Assembly: GCA_040223615.1 (NCBI GenBank)
Contig: JAVKFY010000036.1
Span: forward strand, 11,596 to 75,595
DNA: 64,000 nucleotides
Direction of reading: 5' to 3'
Source of the DNA: Alphaproteobacteria bacterium
GTDB taxonomy: Bacteria; Pseudomonadota; Alphaproteobacteria; GCA-2731375
Shown here: positions 51,622-61,816 of the stretch, piece after piece
Numbering within the stretch: the first letter of the stretch is position 1
Layout of the letters: every line of letters starts with the position of its first letter
Made by a program: the position numbers and the translations under genes
Notes under the pieces: generated by a model
What the model was told of the DNA's origin: nothing
Databases searched by the model: none
Seen by the model: only the letters and a program-made list of their open reading frames with translations

Positions 51622-52596
51622 ATGCCGACCGTCGCCTTTGCCGGAACCTTCGCCGCCAACCTGCTGCCGCGCGTGCGCGCGCGGGTCGGCACCGAGTTTT
51701 CCTTCATTACCGGCAGCGAGGCCGAGATCGGGGCCAGGATGGCCGACGTCGACGTCCTGGTCTCGATGGCCTTCACGGCGGCGATGGCCAGGGCCGCGAG
51801 CAAGCTGAAGCTGGTGCAGGTGCCCGGTGCCGGGCTGGATCTGATCGAACGCGACGCGCTGCCGGCGCGCACGATGCTGGCGAACGCCTATGGCCACGAG
51901 ACCGGCATCGCGGAGTATGTCTTCGGCGCGGTGCTGTCGCTGATGCGCGAGCTGCCGCGCCTGGACGACCGCTTGCGGCGCGGCGAGTGGCGCAGCCACT
52001 GGTCGGTCGGACGGCCGCCGCCGACGCCGTGGCCGGAACTCGCCGGCAAGAGCCTGGGCATCGTCGGCTTTGGCCGGATCGGCAAAGCAGTGGCGCGGCG
52101 CGCACGGGCCTTCGACATGACCGTGCGCGGCATCCGCCGCAACCCGGCGCCCGACCCCGACCTGGCGTTCTGCGGCGGCCCGGATGCGCTCGACGAGGTG
52201 CTGCGCCAGGCCGATGGCTTGCTGATCTCGGCAGAGCTGGGGCCGCAGACCCGGGGCCTGATCGGCGCGCGCGAACTGGCGCTGCTGCCGCCCGGCGCTG
52301 TCCTCGTCAACGTCGCCCGCGCCGAGATCGTCGACCAGCAGGCCCTCTATGCCGCTCTGAAGGGCGGCCAGCTCGGCGGCGCCGCGCTCGACGTCTGGTA
52401 CCGCTATCCGACCGGACCGGGGCCGACCTCGCCGGCCGACCTGCCGTTTCACGAACTGCCCAACGTGCTGATGACGCCGCATGCCTCGGGCTGGACCGAG
52501 GGCATGATGGCAAACCGCGCAGCGACCATCGCGGAGAATATCGAACGCGCGATGCGCGGCGCGCCGCCGTTGAACCACATCGCACCCGATAGCTGA
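51622..52596 (+). CDS. D-isomer specific 2-hydroxyacid dehydrogenase
   Basis: GIVGFGRIG, VNVARA, ALDVW, MTPHASG. Confidence 0.9.
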   Translation: MPTVAFAGTFAANLLPRVRARVGTEFSFITGSEAEIGARMADVDVLVSMAFTAAMARAASKLKLVQVPGAGLDLIERDALPARTMLANAYGHETGIAEYVFGAVLSLMRELPRLDDRLRRGEWRSHWSVGRPPPTPWPELAGKSLGIVGFGRIGKAVARRARAFDMTVRGIRRNPAPDPDLAFCGGPDALDEVLRQADGLLISAELGPQTRGLIGARELALLPPGAVLVNVARAEIVDQQALYAALKGGQLGGAALDVWYRYPTGPGPTSPADLPFHELPNVLMTPHASGWTEGMMANRAATIAENIERAMRGAPPLNHIAPDS

Positions 52597-52614
52597 TCAT
52601 CCGGAACATCACTC

Positions 52615-53889
52615 ATGCGTCTGCCCTTCTTCTACGGCTGGGTGATCGTCGGCGTCGGCTTCGTGACGATGGCGATCGGCGTCAACGCGCGCACCGCCTT
52701 CTCGCTGCTGTTCCCGCCGATCCTCGACGAGTTCGGCTGGGCGCGCGCGGTGACTGCCGGCGCCTTCTCCTTCGGCTTCATCGTCACCGCCGCCTTCTCG
52801 CCACTGCTGGGCCGGTTGATGGACCGCTACGGACCGCGCGTGACGGTGCAGATCGGCGTGGTGCTGATGGCGACCGGCATGCTGCTGGCGGCGCAGATCG
52901 GCGAGGCCTGGCACCTCTACGCCACGCTCGGCGTGCTGGTCAGCGCCGGCAGCATCTGCCTGGGCTACAACGGTCAGGCGCTGTTCGTGCCGAACTGGTT
53001 CGTGCGCCGACGCGGCCTGGCGATGTCGCTGACCTATGCCGGCGCCGGCATCGGTTCGATCCTGCTGCTGCCGTGGCTGCAGGTGGTGATCGACGCCGAG
53101 GGCTGGCGCGCCGCCTGCACCGCGCTGGGCCTGCTGATCCTGGTGGTGCTGCTGCCGCTGAACCTGCTGCTGCGGCACCGGCCAGGCGACCTCGGGCTGG
53201 AGCCGGACGGTGATGCCGCCAGTACCGACCCGAACACGCCGAAGCGTTCCAACATCGTCGATCCGGTGTGGGCGGCGACCGAGTGGACGCCGATGCGCGC
53301 GGTGCGCACGACGCGCTTCTGGTGGCTCGCCGTCAGCTTCTTCCTGGCGCTTTACGCCTGGTACGCGGCTCAGGTGCACCAGACCAAGTACCTGATCGAG
53401 ATCGGCTTCGATGCCACCGAGGCAGCGTTCGCGCTGGGCCTGGTCAGCCTGGTAGCGGTGCCGGGGCAGATCGGGCTCGGCCACCTGTCCGACCGGATCG
53501 GGCGCGAGGCGGTGTGGTCGATCGGCTGCCTCGGCTTCGCGCTCTGCTTCGCGCTGCTGCTGGCGTTGCAGGCCACGCCGAGCCCGTTCCTGCTCTACGC
53601 GATGGTGGCGGCACAGGGATTCCTCGGCTATGGCCTGACCTCGGTGATGGGGCCGGTCGCGATGGAGCTGTTCGAGGGGCCGCGATTCGGCGCGATCTAC
53701 GGTACGGTGATGCTGGCCGCGATCGGCGGCGGCGCGCTGGGCGCCTGGCTCACCGGGCTGCTGTTCGACCTGCAGAGCGACTACACGGTTGCCTTCTCGC
53801 TCGGGGTCGGACTCAGCATCGCGTCGGCCGGGGCGATGTGGCTGGCCGCGCCGCGCAAGGTCCGGGCGGTCGCCGGCCGGCTTCGTTAG
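52615..53889 (+). CDS. MFS transporter (OFA/MCT-like)
   Basis: FFYGWVIV, GRLMDRYGPR motif A, WFVRRRGLA; about 12 TM helices. Confidence 0.92.
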   Translation: MRLPFFYGWVIVGVGFVTMAIGVNARTAFSLLFPPILDEFGWARAVTAGAFSFGFIVTAAFSPLLGRLMDRYGPRVTVQIGVVLMATGMLLAAQIGEAWHLYATLGVLVSAGSICLGYNGQALFVPNWFVRRRGLAMSLTYAGAGIGSILLLPWLQVVIDAEGWRAACTALGLLILVVLLPLNLLLRHRPGDLGLEPDGDAASTDPNTPKRSNIVDPVWAATEWTPMRAVRTTRFWWLAVSFFLALYAWYAAQVHQTKYLIEIGFDATEAAFALGLVSLVAVPGQIGLGHLSDRIGREAVWSIGCLGFALCFALLLALQATPSPFLLYAMVAAQGFLGYGLTSVMGPVAMELFEGPRFGAIYGTVMLAAIGGGALGAWLTGLLFDLQSDYTVAFSLGVGLSIASAGAMWLAAPRKVRAVAGRLR

Positions 53890-53942
53890 CGCCCGCACCG
53901 CGAGCGCGCGAGCATCGCGGCGCTGAAACGCCAACGGCCGGA

Positions 53943-54086
53943 TTTTCGCCGTCACCCTCACGCTTGGCGGCTTGTTCGGCGTCGGCGCCGACCACGTGAT
54001 CGTGCGGCTGGACCAGCTACGGCCCGACGGCGACGGCCTGCTGCTCCGACATGACCGAGGACCAGGCCCGCACCCTGCCCGCCTGA
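53943..54086 (+). pseudogene. Frameshifted remnant of a PRC-barrel domain gene
   Basis: IFAVTLTLGGLFGVGADHVIVRLDQLRPDGDGLL, then in another frame SDMTEDQARTLPA*; no start codon or N-terminus. Confidence 0.45.
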
Positions 54087-54091
54087 GCCGC

Positions 54092-54649
54092 CTAGGCGAC
54101 GATCACGAACTCGGTTCCGAAGTCGCCGGCCAGCTTGATTTCGCGCGGCGGCTCGGCACCGCCAAGGTCGGGGTGAATTTCCGCCACGCCAGTGGCGTAG
54201 TCGACGATATGGGTCGGGTTCGGGTCGCTGTTCAGGATCAGGAAGCTGCCCCCCGGCCCCGTCGGCAGGTAGCGGTCCAGCGAATGCCAGGTGCCGCGGC
54301 GATAGGCGAAGCCCAGGCCCGGCCGCAACTCGAAGGCGCGCACCGATGCCGGCTCCGGCACGTCGGCCGGATCGTCGCTGGCACTGGCCAGCGCGACGCA
54401 GACCACCGCCGCCTCGCCACCCATGTGCACGAAGGCCTGGGTGACGCCGAAGTGACGTTCCAGTTTGCTGAACGTGAGTCCGCCGGCCGGCTGCCAGATC
54501 ACGTTGGCGGTGACGCGGCCGTCATAGTCGAACGTCATCGGCGTCATCGTGCGCGCGTCGGCCGACTGGTCGCCGGCCTCCCAGACCTCGCCGAACGGCG
54601 CAAAGCTCGTCGCCGTCATCGGCTCAGGCGTCAGGCGGATCGTCGCCAT
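54092..54649 (-). CDS. Ureidoglycolate lyase (AllA) family protein
   Basis: EPMTATSFAPFG, LERHFGVTQAF, YRRGTWH. Confidence 0.8.
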   Translation of the reverse strand: MATIRLTPEPMTATSFAPFGEVWEAGDQSADARTMTPMTFDYDGRVTANVIWQPAGGLTFSKLERHFGVTQAFVHMGGEAAVVCVALASASDDPADVPEPASVRAFELRPGLGFAYRRGTWHSLDRYLPTGPGGSFLILNSDPNPTHIVDYATGVAEIHPDLGGAEPPREIKLAGDFGTEFVIVA

Positions 54650-54653
54650 GGCG

Positions 54654-56039
54654 CTAGAAATCGGCCGGCGGGCTGACACCGGCCGGCGCCAGCGCCCCGG
54701 TCACCGCCGCCTTCAGGCGCGCCAGGCCGTCGCTGGTCGCGCTCTCGCAGCGCACCACCAGCACCGGCTGAGTGTTGGACGCGCGCAACAGCCACCAGCC
54801 GTCATCAGTGGTCACGCGCACACCGTCGATGTCGTTGACCCTGGCATCGGTCTTGGCGAGCGCCGCCTTGACCTCGTCGACCACGGCGAACTTGCGCTCG
54901 TCGGCGCAGTCGAAGCGCACCTCCGGCGTGTTCACCATCTGCGGCAGGCTGTCGTAGAGCTCAGCCACGGTCCGGCCGGAGCGCGCGGCGACGTCGAGGA
55001 AGCGGATGGCGACGTAGATCGCGTCGTCAAAGCCGTAGAACTTCTCGCCGAAGAAGATATGACCGCTCATCTCGCCGGCCAGCGGCGAGCCGACCTCGGC
55101 CATGCGCGACTTGATCAGCGAGTGGCCGGTCTTCCACATCACCGGCTCGCCGCCGGCCTTGGCGATCTCGTCGAACAACACCTGGCTGGCCTTGACGTCG
55201 GCGATGATGGTGGCGCCAGGGTTGCGGGACAGCACGTCGCGGCCGAGCAGCGCCAGGATCTGGTCGCCCCAGACCACCCTGCCCTTGCCATCGACGATGC
55301 CGATGCGATCGCCGTCGCCGTCGAAGCCGATGCCGCAGTCGAGGCCACCGTCAGCTACCGCCTGCTTGAGCTGCGCCAGGTTCTTTTCCACCGTCGGGTC
55401 AGGGTGGTGCACCGGGAAGGTGCCGTCGACCTCGTCGTTCAGCGCCAGGTGTTCGCCCGGCAGCAGCTTCAGCAAGTCGCCCAGCACCGCACCGGCGGCG
55501 CCGTTGCCGCAGTCCCACGCGACCTTCAGGCCCTTGTCCGCGGTGTAGTCGCGCGCCAGCCGCTCGATGTAGGCTTGGCGGATATCGTGGCTCTCGTCGG
55601 CGCCGGCGCCCTCGCTCCAGTCGCCGGCGGCGGCGATGCGGCCCAGCTCCTGCACCTGTTCGCCGTGGAAGGCGCTGTGGCCGAGCATCATCTTGAAGCC
55701 GTTGTAGTCCGGCGGGTTGTGCGACCCGGTGATCATGATCCCGCCGTCGGTCTCCAGATGCCACACGGAGAAGTACAGCATCGGCGTCGGCCCGAGGCCG
55801 ACCCGCACGGCGGTCAGCCCGGCGTCGCGCACGCCCGCCACCACCGCAGCCTCCAGCTCCGGCGAGCTCAACCGTCCGTCATAGCCGACCGAGACCCGAC
55901 CACCGCCGCCGCGGGCGACGATCGAGGCGAAGGCGCGGCCAACGGCGTAGGCATCGTCGGTCGACAGCGTATCGCCGACGACGCCGCGAACGTCGTACTC
56001 GCGCAGGACGGTGGCGTGGAACTGGTGGGTGCGGGCCAT
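54654..56039 (-). CDS. Phosphomannomutase/phosphoglucomutase
   Basis: REYDVRG, TGSHNP, FDGDGDR, GEMSGH, RASNTQP. Confidence 0.95.
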   Translation of the reverse strand: MARTHQFHATVLREYDVRGVVGDTLSTDDAYAVGRAFASIVARGGGGRVSVGYDGRLSSPELEAAVVAGVRDAGLTAVRVGLGPTPMLYFSVWHLETDGGIMITGSHNPPDYNGFKMMLGHSAFHGEQVQELGRIAAAGDWSEGAGADESHDIRQAYIERLARDYTADKGLKVAWDCGNGAAGAVLGDLLKLLPGEHLALNDEVDGTFPVHHPDPTVEKNLAQLKQAVADGGLDCGIGFDGDGDRIGIVDGKGRVVWGDQILALLGRDVLSRNPGATIIADVKASQVLFDEIAKAGGEPVMWKTGHSLIKSRMAEVGSPLAGEMSGHIFFGEKFYGFDDAIYVAIRFLDVAARSGRTVAELYDSLPQMVNTPEVRFDCADERKFAVVDEVKAALAKTDARVNDIDGVRVTTDDGWWLLRASNTQPVLVVRCESATSDGLARLKAAVTGALAPAGVSPPADF

Positions 56040-56047
56040 GGCGGCTC

Positions 56048-57370
56048 CTAGCTGGCGGCGGCCGTCGTCGGACGGCCGATGGAGGTGTAGTTGAAGCCGG
56101 CTTCGGCCATCTGCGAGGGCTTGTAGATGTTGCGCATGTCGACCATCACCGGCCGCTTCATCGTCGCCTTGACCCGCGCCAGGTCAAGGGCGCGGAACTC
56201 GTTCCACTCGGTGACGATGGCCAGGCAGTCGGCATCGCGCATGGTGTCGTAGGGGTCGTCGCACCATTCGACATTCTGCAACAGCTTCTTGGCCTCCTCC
56301 ACGCCCTCCGGATCGCAGGCGCGCACGGTGGCGCCGGCCTCCTGCAGGGCGGGGATGATGTCGAGCGCCGGGGAATCGCGCATGTCATCGGTGTTCGGCT
56401 TGAAGGTGACGCCAAGCACGGCGACGATCTTGCCCTTCACCGAGCCGCCGCAGGACGCGATCACCCGCTCCGCCATCTGCCGCTTGCGCCGGTTGTTGAC
56501 GTCGACGGTGGCCTCCACGATGCGCACTGGCGAGCCGAACTGCTCGGCCGTGTGCAGCAGCGCCAGCGTGTCCTTGGGGAAGCACGAGCCGCCATAGCCC
56601 GGCCCCGGGTGCAGGAACTTGCCGCCGATGCGGCCATCCAGGCCGATGCCCTTGGCGACGTCCTGGACGTTGGCGCCGACCTTCTCGCACAGGTCCGCCA
56701 TCTCGTTGATGAAGGTGATCTTGGTCGCCAGGAAGCTGTTGGCGGCGTACTTGATCAGTTCGGCAGTGTTGCGCTCGGTGAACAGCACCGGCGTCTCGCG
56801 CAGGAACAGCGGCCGGTAGAGCTCACGCAGCACCGCCTGGGCACGCTCGCTCTCGGTGCCGCAGACCACGCGGTCGGGGTGCATGAAGTCCTCGATGGCC
56901 GAGCCTTCGCGCAGGAATTCAGGGTTCGAGGCGACGTCGAACTTCGCCTTCGGGCTGGCCTCCTTGATGATCCTCTCGACCTCGGCGCCGGTGCCGACCG
57001 GCACCGTCGACTTGGTCACCACCACCGTATAGTCCTCCAGGGCCGCGGCAATCTCCTTGGCGGCGGCGTAGACGTAGCTCAGGTCGGCATGGCCGTCGCC
57101 GCGCCGGCTGGGCGTCCCGACGGCGATGAACACGGCGTCGGCGTCGGCCACCGGCACCGAGAGATCGGTGGTGAACGACAGCCGGCCGGCACGCACGTTC
57201 TTGGCGACCAGCGTGTCGAGGCCGGGCTCGTAGATCGGAATGCCGCCGCCACGCAGCTTATCGATCTTGGCCTGGTCCTTGTCGACGCACACCACCGTGT
57301 GGCCGAACTCGGAGAAACAGGCGCCGGAGACCAGGCCGACATAGCCCGTACCGATCATCGTGACTTGCAT
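56048..57370 (-). CDS. ugd: UDP-glucose 6-dehydrogenase
   Basis: GTGYVG, NPEFLREG, GYGGSCFPKD, FKPNTDDMR. Confidence 0.95.
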   Translation of the reverse strand: MQVTMIGTGYVGLVSGACFSEFGHTVVCVDKDQAKIDKLRGGGIPIYEPGLDTLVAKNVRAGRLSFTTDLSVPVADADAVFIAVGTPSRRGDGHADLSYVYAAAKEIAAALEDYTVVVTKSTVPVGTGAEVERIIKEASPKAKFDVASNPEFLREGSAIEDFMHPDRVVCGTESERAQAVLRELYRPLFLRETPVLFTERNTAELIKYAANSFLATKITFINEMADLCEKVGANVQDVAKGIGLDGRIGGKFLHPGPGYGGSCFPKDTLALLHTAEQFGSPVRIVEATVDVNNRRKRQMAERVIASCGGSVKGKIVAVLGVTFKPNTDDMRDSPALDIIPALQEAGATVRACDPEGVEEAKKLLQNVEWCDDPYDTMRDADCLAIVTEWNEFRALDLARVKATMKRPVMVDMRNIYKPSQMAEAGFNYTSIGRPTTAAAS

Positions 57371-57433
57371 CAGGACAGTCCCAAAATTGAGCGAGACGGC
57401 GGTCGCTGCCGCCTATGTAGCGACCAGCGTGCG

Positions 57434-58309
57434 CTAGTCCAGGTTAAGTTCGCGCAAATAGGCGGAAAGACCAGGGCCGACATCGTCGCGCTCGAGCGCC
57501 ATCGCCACCGTGGCCTGCAAAAACCCGAGCTTGTCGCCGCAGTCGAAGCGCGTGCCTTCGAAGCGGAAGCCGTGGAAGGCGCCGTGGCCGATCATCTTGG
57601 CCATCGCGTCGGTGAGCTGAATCTCGTTACCAGCGCCGCGCTCGAACGCCGCCAGGTGCTCGAACACCTCCGGCATCAGGATGTAGCGGCCAATCACCGA
57701 CAGGGTCGAGGGCGCCACTTCCGGTGCCGGTTTCTCCACCAACCCTTTGACCTCGGTCAGACGGCCGTCCTCGGCGCCCGGATCGAGGACACCGTAGCGC
57801 GCGGTGTGCTCGCGCGGCACATCCATCACCGCGACGACGTTGCCGCCGGTCTCGCCATGGACATCGGCCATCTGCGCCAGGCAGGAGCGCTTCGCATGGA
57901 TCAGGTCGTCGGGCAGCAGCACCGCGAAGGGCTCGTCGCCGACCAGATGGCGCGCGCACCAGACTGCGTGACCCAACCCCAGCGCCTCCGGCTGGCGGGT
58001 GTAGAGCACCTGGCCGGCCGGCGGCCGCATGTTCTGCACCAGGTCCACCATGTCGGACTTGTCGCGCGCCTTCAGGGTCGCTTCGAGCTCGTAGGACAGG
58101 TCGAAATGGTCCTCGATCACCGCCTTGCCGCGGCTGGTGACCAGGATGAACTGCTCAACGCCGGCTTCGGCGGCCTCTTCCAGCGCGTACTGGATCAGCG
58201 GCTTGTCGACAACCGGCAGCATTTCCTTGGGCATGGCCTTGGTCGCCGGCAGAAACCGGGTGCCGAGGCCGCCCACGGGAAACACCGCCTTGCGGATCTT
58301 CCGTGTCAT
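57434..58309 (-). CDS. galU: UTP--glucose-1-phosphate uridylyltransferase
   Basis: GLGTRFLPATKAMPKEML, LGLGHAV, VEKP, EIQLTD. Confidence 0.96.
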   Translation of the reverse strand: MTRKIRKAVFPVGGLGTRFLPATKAMPKEMLPVVDKPLIQYALEEAAEAGVEQFILVTSRGKAVIEDHFDLSYELEATLKARDKSDMVDLVQNMRPPAGQVLYTRQPEALGLGHAVWCARHLVGDEPFAVLLPDDLIHAKRSCLAQMADVHGETGGNVVAVMDVPREHTARYGVLDPGAEDGRLTEVKGLVEKPAPEVAPSTLSVIGRYILMPEVFEHLAAFERGAGNEIQLTDAMAKMIGHGAFHGFRFEGTRFDCGDKLGFLQATVAMALERDDVGPGLSAYLRELNLD

Positions 58310-58356
58310 GTATCGGGACGTCCCTTGCGCCGTGGCGGATACTAACCGCCTGGGAA

Positions 58357-58372
58357 TGCACGGTTTGTGCCA
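58357..58372 (-). promoter_or_regulatory. Possible sigma54 promoter for galU-ugd-pgm
   Basis: Minus strand TGGCACA-AACC-GTGCA with GG-N10-GC spacing, 47 nt before the galU start. Confidence 0.5.
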
Positions 58373-58394
58373 CGCGCGCGGCGCGGCATCAACC

Positions 58395-59111
58395 TCAGGC
58401 GCCGAGCAGCACGTCCTTGGCCTGGTTGATCTTCGCCGCCAGGTAGGTGGAGCCGCCCTGGTCGGGATGCAGCTTCTGCATCAGCGCGCGGTAGGCGGCG
58501 CGCACATCCTCGGCGCTGGCACCCTGCTCCAGGCCCAGGATGTCGAGCGCCTCATCGCGGGACATGGCCCCGCCGCTCTGCGGCGCCGATCCGCCCGACG
58601 TGCCGCCGGCGGCCTCGCGCCACTCGTCGCCATGGGCGCGCTCCAGATAGGATTCCAGCAGTTGCGCCGACGAGGCGTCCTCGCGGTGGCACTCCGCCAG
58701 AAGTTCGAGCAATTGGTCGCGGTCCAGTTCGGACAATTCCTGGCCGGTATGGGCGCCCTTCAGCACCGTGCCGCGCATCAGTCCGGTGTCGTGTTCCAGG
58801 GTCATGCGCAGGTAGTCGGTGGTGACTTCGGAGGTCTGGCCGGCCGATTTGCCGCCGCCGAGCCCGCCAAACCCGCCCGGCCCGAGATTAGGCAGCCGCC
58901 AGCGGCGCAGCAGCGCCAGCGCCAGGAAGGCCGCCGGCACGCCGAGGCCGAACCGTCCGGTGAACAACAGGAAAGCCGCGATCAGGCCAAAGACCACGGC
59001 GCCGGCGAGCCGCAGATAGCGCGCGAGGTCGGTCGGGTTGGCGCTGGCGAACCAGCGTCCGGCCAGCAGAAGCGCGGCGAGCACGCAGACGCCGAGGAAT
59101 AGCCAGGCCAT
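58395..59111 (-). CDS. Membrane-anchored protein with C-terminal J-domain
   Basis: N-terminal TM helices, LRMTLEHDTG domain, EALDILGL...LHPDQGGS...INQAKD. Confidence 0.88.
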   Translation of the reverse strand: MAWLFLGVCVLAALLLAGRWFASANPTDLARYLRLAGAVVFGLIAAFLLFTGRFGLGVPAAFLALALLRRWRLPNLGPGGFGGLGGGKSAGQTSEVTTDYLRMTLEHDTGLMRGTVLKGAHTGQELSELDRDQLLELLAECHREDASSAQLLESYLERAHGDEWREAAGGTSGGSAPQSGGAMSRDEALDILGLEQGASAEDVRAAYRALMQKLHPDQGGSTYLAAKINQAKDVLLGA

Positions 59112-59121
59112 CGCCGCCGCC

Positions 59122-59844
59122 TCAGCCCTTCCCGGCCTGCAGTTGGTGCGCCAGCAGCTTCACGTCGCCGCCGCGCTTGGCGGAGAAGTCGGCCAGCGCC
59201 TTGCGGCCCCCGGCGGCATAGACCGCGACGGCGCTCAACAGCGCCTTGAGCTGGCCCGGGCTGGAACTGTCGAACCGGCAGAAGGCGCCCTTGGTGATCT
59301 CGGCGACCTGCCGGAAACCGTTGGCGGCGGCCTGGTCCATGCCTTCGTGGAACATGAAGCAGGGCACGCCGCGCACCGCGAGCTGGCCGGCGGCGTGGCA
59401 GACGTCGTCGATCGCCTCCTCCAGCGCGTCGCCGACGAAGACCACGGCGTCGACCTTGCGTTCGCCGGCGGTCTTGGCCGCGTAGTTCAGGAAGCGCTGG
59501 ATCTGGGTGTGACCGCCCAGGCAGCGCACGCGGGTCATGTAGGGGATCAGGTCGGCCGAGGACGATACCCACGGCGTGGCGCGGAAGTCGCCATGGCCAC
59601 GATAAAAGGCAAGCTGCACGTCAAGCCCGCCGAGCGCCGCGGTCTCGGCGAACATGTCGCCCTGGATCTGGCACGCGGTGTCCCAGGTCGGCCCACGGCT
59701 GGCGGTCGCGTCCATGCCGAACAGCAGGCGGCCACGCTGCCCCGCCGGCCGCGCGTTCGGGGTCGCCGCCAGCTTGTTCAGAAACGCGGCGACCTCGGCC
59801 TCGGTGCCGCCACGTTTGGCGACCGGACGATCATCGCGCGCCAT
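59122..59844 (-). CDS. VWA domain protein
   Basis: MDATASR MIDAS-like motif, GGHTQI, FVGDALEE. Confidence 0.85.
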   Translation of the reverse strand: MARDDRPVAKRGGTEAEVAAFLNKLAATPNARPAGQRGRLLFGMDATASRGPTWDTACQIQGDMFAETAALGGLDVQLAFYRGHGDFRATPWVSSSADLIPYMTRVRCLGGHTQIQRFLNYAAKTAGERKVDAVVFVGDALEEAIDDVCHAAGQLAVRGVPCFMFHEGMDQAAANGFRQVAEITKGAFCRFDSSSPGQLKALLSAVAVYAAGGRKALADFSAKRGGDVKLLAHQLQAGKG

Positions 59845-59879
59845 GCCGGATTTCCGATGTTCGCGTCATGTGCTGACCA

Positions 59880-60710
59880 TTACATGGCGGCGCTGGCCCG
59901 GGTGTCCAGGGCTGGCAGTGCCAGATTGGCCATCAGGTTGCTTAATTCGGCGCGCGCGGCGACGTGGCTCAGGGTCAGATTCACCTCCGCCGCCGGGTCG
60001 CGCAGGTCGAGCAGCGTCAAGCCGTTAAGGAACATCTCGCGGTAGATCACCCGCTCGGACAGGCCGGCCAGGTGGCGGAAACCGATACGCTTGGCCAACC
60101 GGTCGAGCACATCGCCGACACGGCGCTTGTTGCGCGCTTCCAGCGAGGCCAGCCGGTTGCGCATCACCACCCAGTCGATCGAGCCGCGATCGGCCTGGGC
60201 CCGGCGCTTGCGCGCCTCCCACACCATCTCGGCATAGATCGAGGGCCCGAGAACGCGATAGTCGTCGCCGTCGACCCGGGCCAGCAGGTCGAGATCGACG
60301 AAACTGTCGTTGATCGGCGTGATCAGGGTATCGGCGCGGCCGTGCGCCAGCCGCGACAGGTTGCTGTCGCGCCCCGGGCAGTCGATCACCACGAACTGCG
60401 CCGCGCCGCCGACCCGCGCCAGGGCGGCCTGGAATGCCGCGCGCTCCTCCGCCTCGCGGGCCGCCAGGCTGTCGGCCTGCGAGTGCTTCACCACGGCATG
60501 GACCGGGGTCGGCAGGTACAGGCCCTTGGTGTCGATCAGGCGTTGCCGGTTTTCCAGGTAGCGCGACAAGGATTGCTGGCGGTCGTCGAGATCGAGACTG
60601 CCGACCGTGGCGCCGGCCTTGAGCAACGCGACGATGATGTGCATCGCCGAGGTCGACTTGCCCGAGCCGCCCTTCTCGTTGCCGAGCACGATGATGTGCG
60701 GCCCTGACAT
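59880..60710 (-). CDS. mipZ: Division plane positioning ATPase
   Basis: HIIVLGNEKGGSGKST, DLDDRQ, TPINDSFVD, IDWVVMRNR, ERVIYREMF. Confidence 0.93.
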   Translation of the reverse strand: MSGPHIIVLGNEKGGSGKSTSAMHIIVALLKAGATVGSLDLDDRQQSLSRYLENRQRLIDTKGLYLPTPVHAVVKHSQADSLAAREAEERAAFQAALARVGGAAQFVVIDCPGRDSNLSRLAHGRADTLITPINDSFVDLDLLARVDGDDYRVLGPSIYAEMVWEARKRRAQADRGSIDWVVMRNRLASLEARNKRRVGDVLDRLAKRIGFRHLAGLSERVIYREMFLNGLTLLDLRDPAAEVNLTLSHVAARAELSNLMANLALPALDTRASAAM

Positions 60711-60768
60711 GCCCCTCTCCCGCCGTGAACGACCGACCATAGGCCGCGCGCCAGCACGGTCAAGCGGC

Positions 60769-61734
60769 TCAGTCGGAGACGATCTCGGCGTCGGGATGGA
60801 AGGCATGGAAGGCGAAGGCGTAGTCGACACCGTAGGCCACGTCTGTCCACGCGCCGGCGTCGTCGCGACGTTGCACGACGATGTTGCCGACGTCCATGCC
60901 CTCGGCAATCGTCGCTTCGTGCATCGCCGAATTCTGGCCCGGGGTCCAGGAGATGCGCAGGCCGTCGTCGGTCTCCACCTGACCGCGCCGCTTCACGTAT
61001 TCCAGCGCCCAGGCGCGCTCGCCGACCTTCACCACGCGGTCCAGCGGCATCACGTTGTCGGGATACTCGCCACGGTAAAGGAACGGCGCGCCTGACAGGT
61101 CGTAGCCGGCATACGGCGTCAGGCCATAGTTGCGCATGTCCGGGTTGTTCGGCACCAGTACCTGGCCATCCGGCGCGCGCGCGGCGAAGTTGGCCAGCGA
61201 TTCCAGGCGCGACGGCACGATGGCGAGCTGCGTGCCCAGCAGTTCGCCGACGATGGCCTCGCCCTGGAACTGCTGCCACCAGCTCATCGTCTGGCGGTCG
61301 TACATCACCAGGTCGGAGTTGCGCAGCTTGCCGGTGGTGCCGAAGTCCAGCACCCGCTCGCCGACGCGCCGGTCGAACACGATGGCGGCGTTGCACAGCG
61401 GGCAGTACGTCACCGACACCGGCACGCCGCCGACGGTGTCGTTGGCAATCTCGTGCCACATCAGCACCCGCAGCGGATAGGCCCGGGCCTCGCCGTTCAG
61501 GACCAGGCCGATCACCGGTTCGGTGCCGGGGATGTCGACCTCCGACAGCGCGACGAATTTCGGGTCATCGATGGCCGGGATGCCGTCCTTCGGCGGCCCC
61601 CCGGACAGGATGTCCTTGAAGTCGACGGCGGTACGCGAAAAGTCGGTGTCCGGCCATTCCGACTTCCATTGGGCCGGGTCGGCCCAGGCCGGGGCGGCCA
61701 GCAGCACTATCAACAAGGCGGCGAGACGGGTCAT
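60769..61734 (-). CDS. DUF3179 family exported protein
   Basis: Signal peptide, [35 protein letters not shown]. Confidence 0.85.
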   Translation of the reverse strand: MTRLAALLIVLLAAPAWADPAQWKSEWPDTDFSRTAVDFKDILSGGPPKDGIPAIDDPKFVALSEVDIPGTEPVIGLVLNGEARAYPLRVLMWHEIANDTVGGVPVSVTYCPLCNAAIVFDRRVGERVLDFGTTGKLRNSDLVMYDRQTMSWWQQFQGEAIVGELLGTQLAIVPSRLESLANFAARAPDGQVLVPNNPDMRNYGLTPYAGYDLSGAPFLYRGEYPDNVMPLDRVVKVGERAWALEYVKRRGQVETDDGLRISWTPGQNSAMHEATIAEGMDVGNIVVQRRDDAGAWTDVAYGVDYAFAFHAFHPDAEIVSD

Positions 61735-61816
61735 GACCGCATCGTCGCCGCCGGCATCGATGACGGGCAAATCACGGCTGCTTGACCGGCCGGCTTCCGC
61801 CGCCAACACTGCGGCG

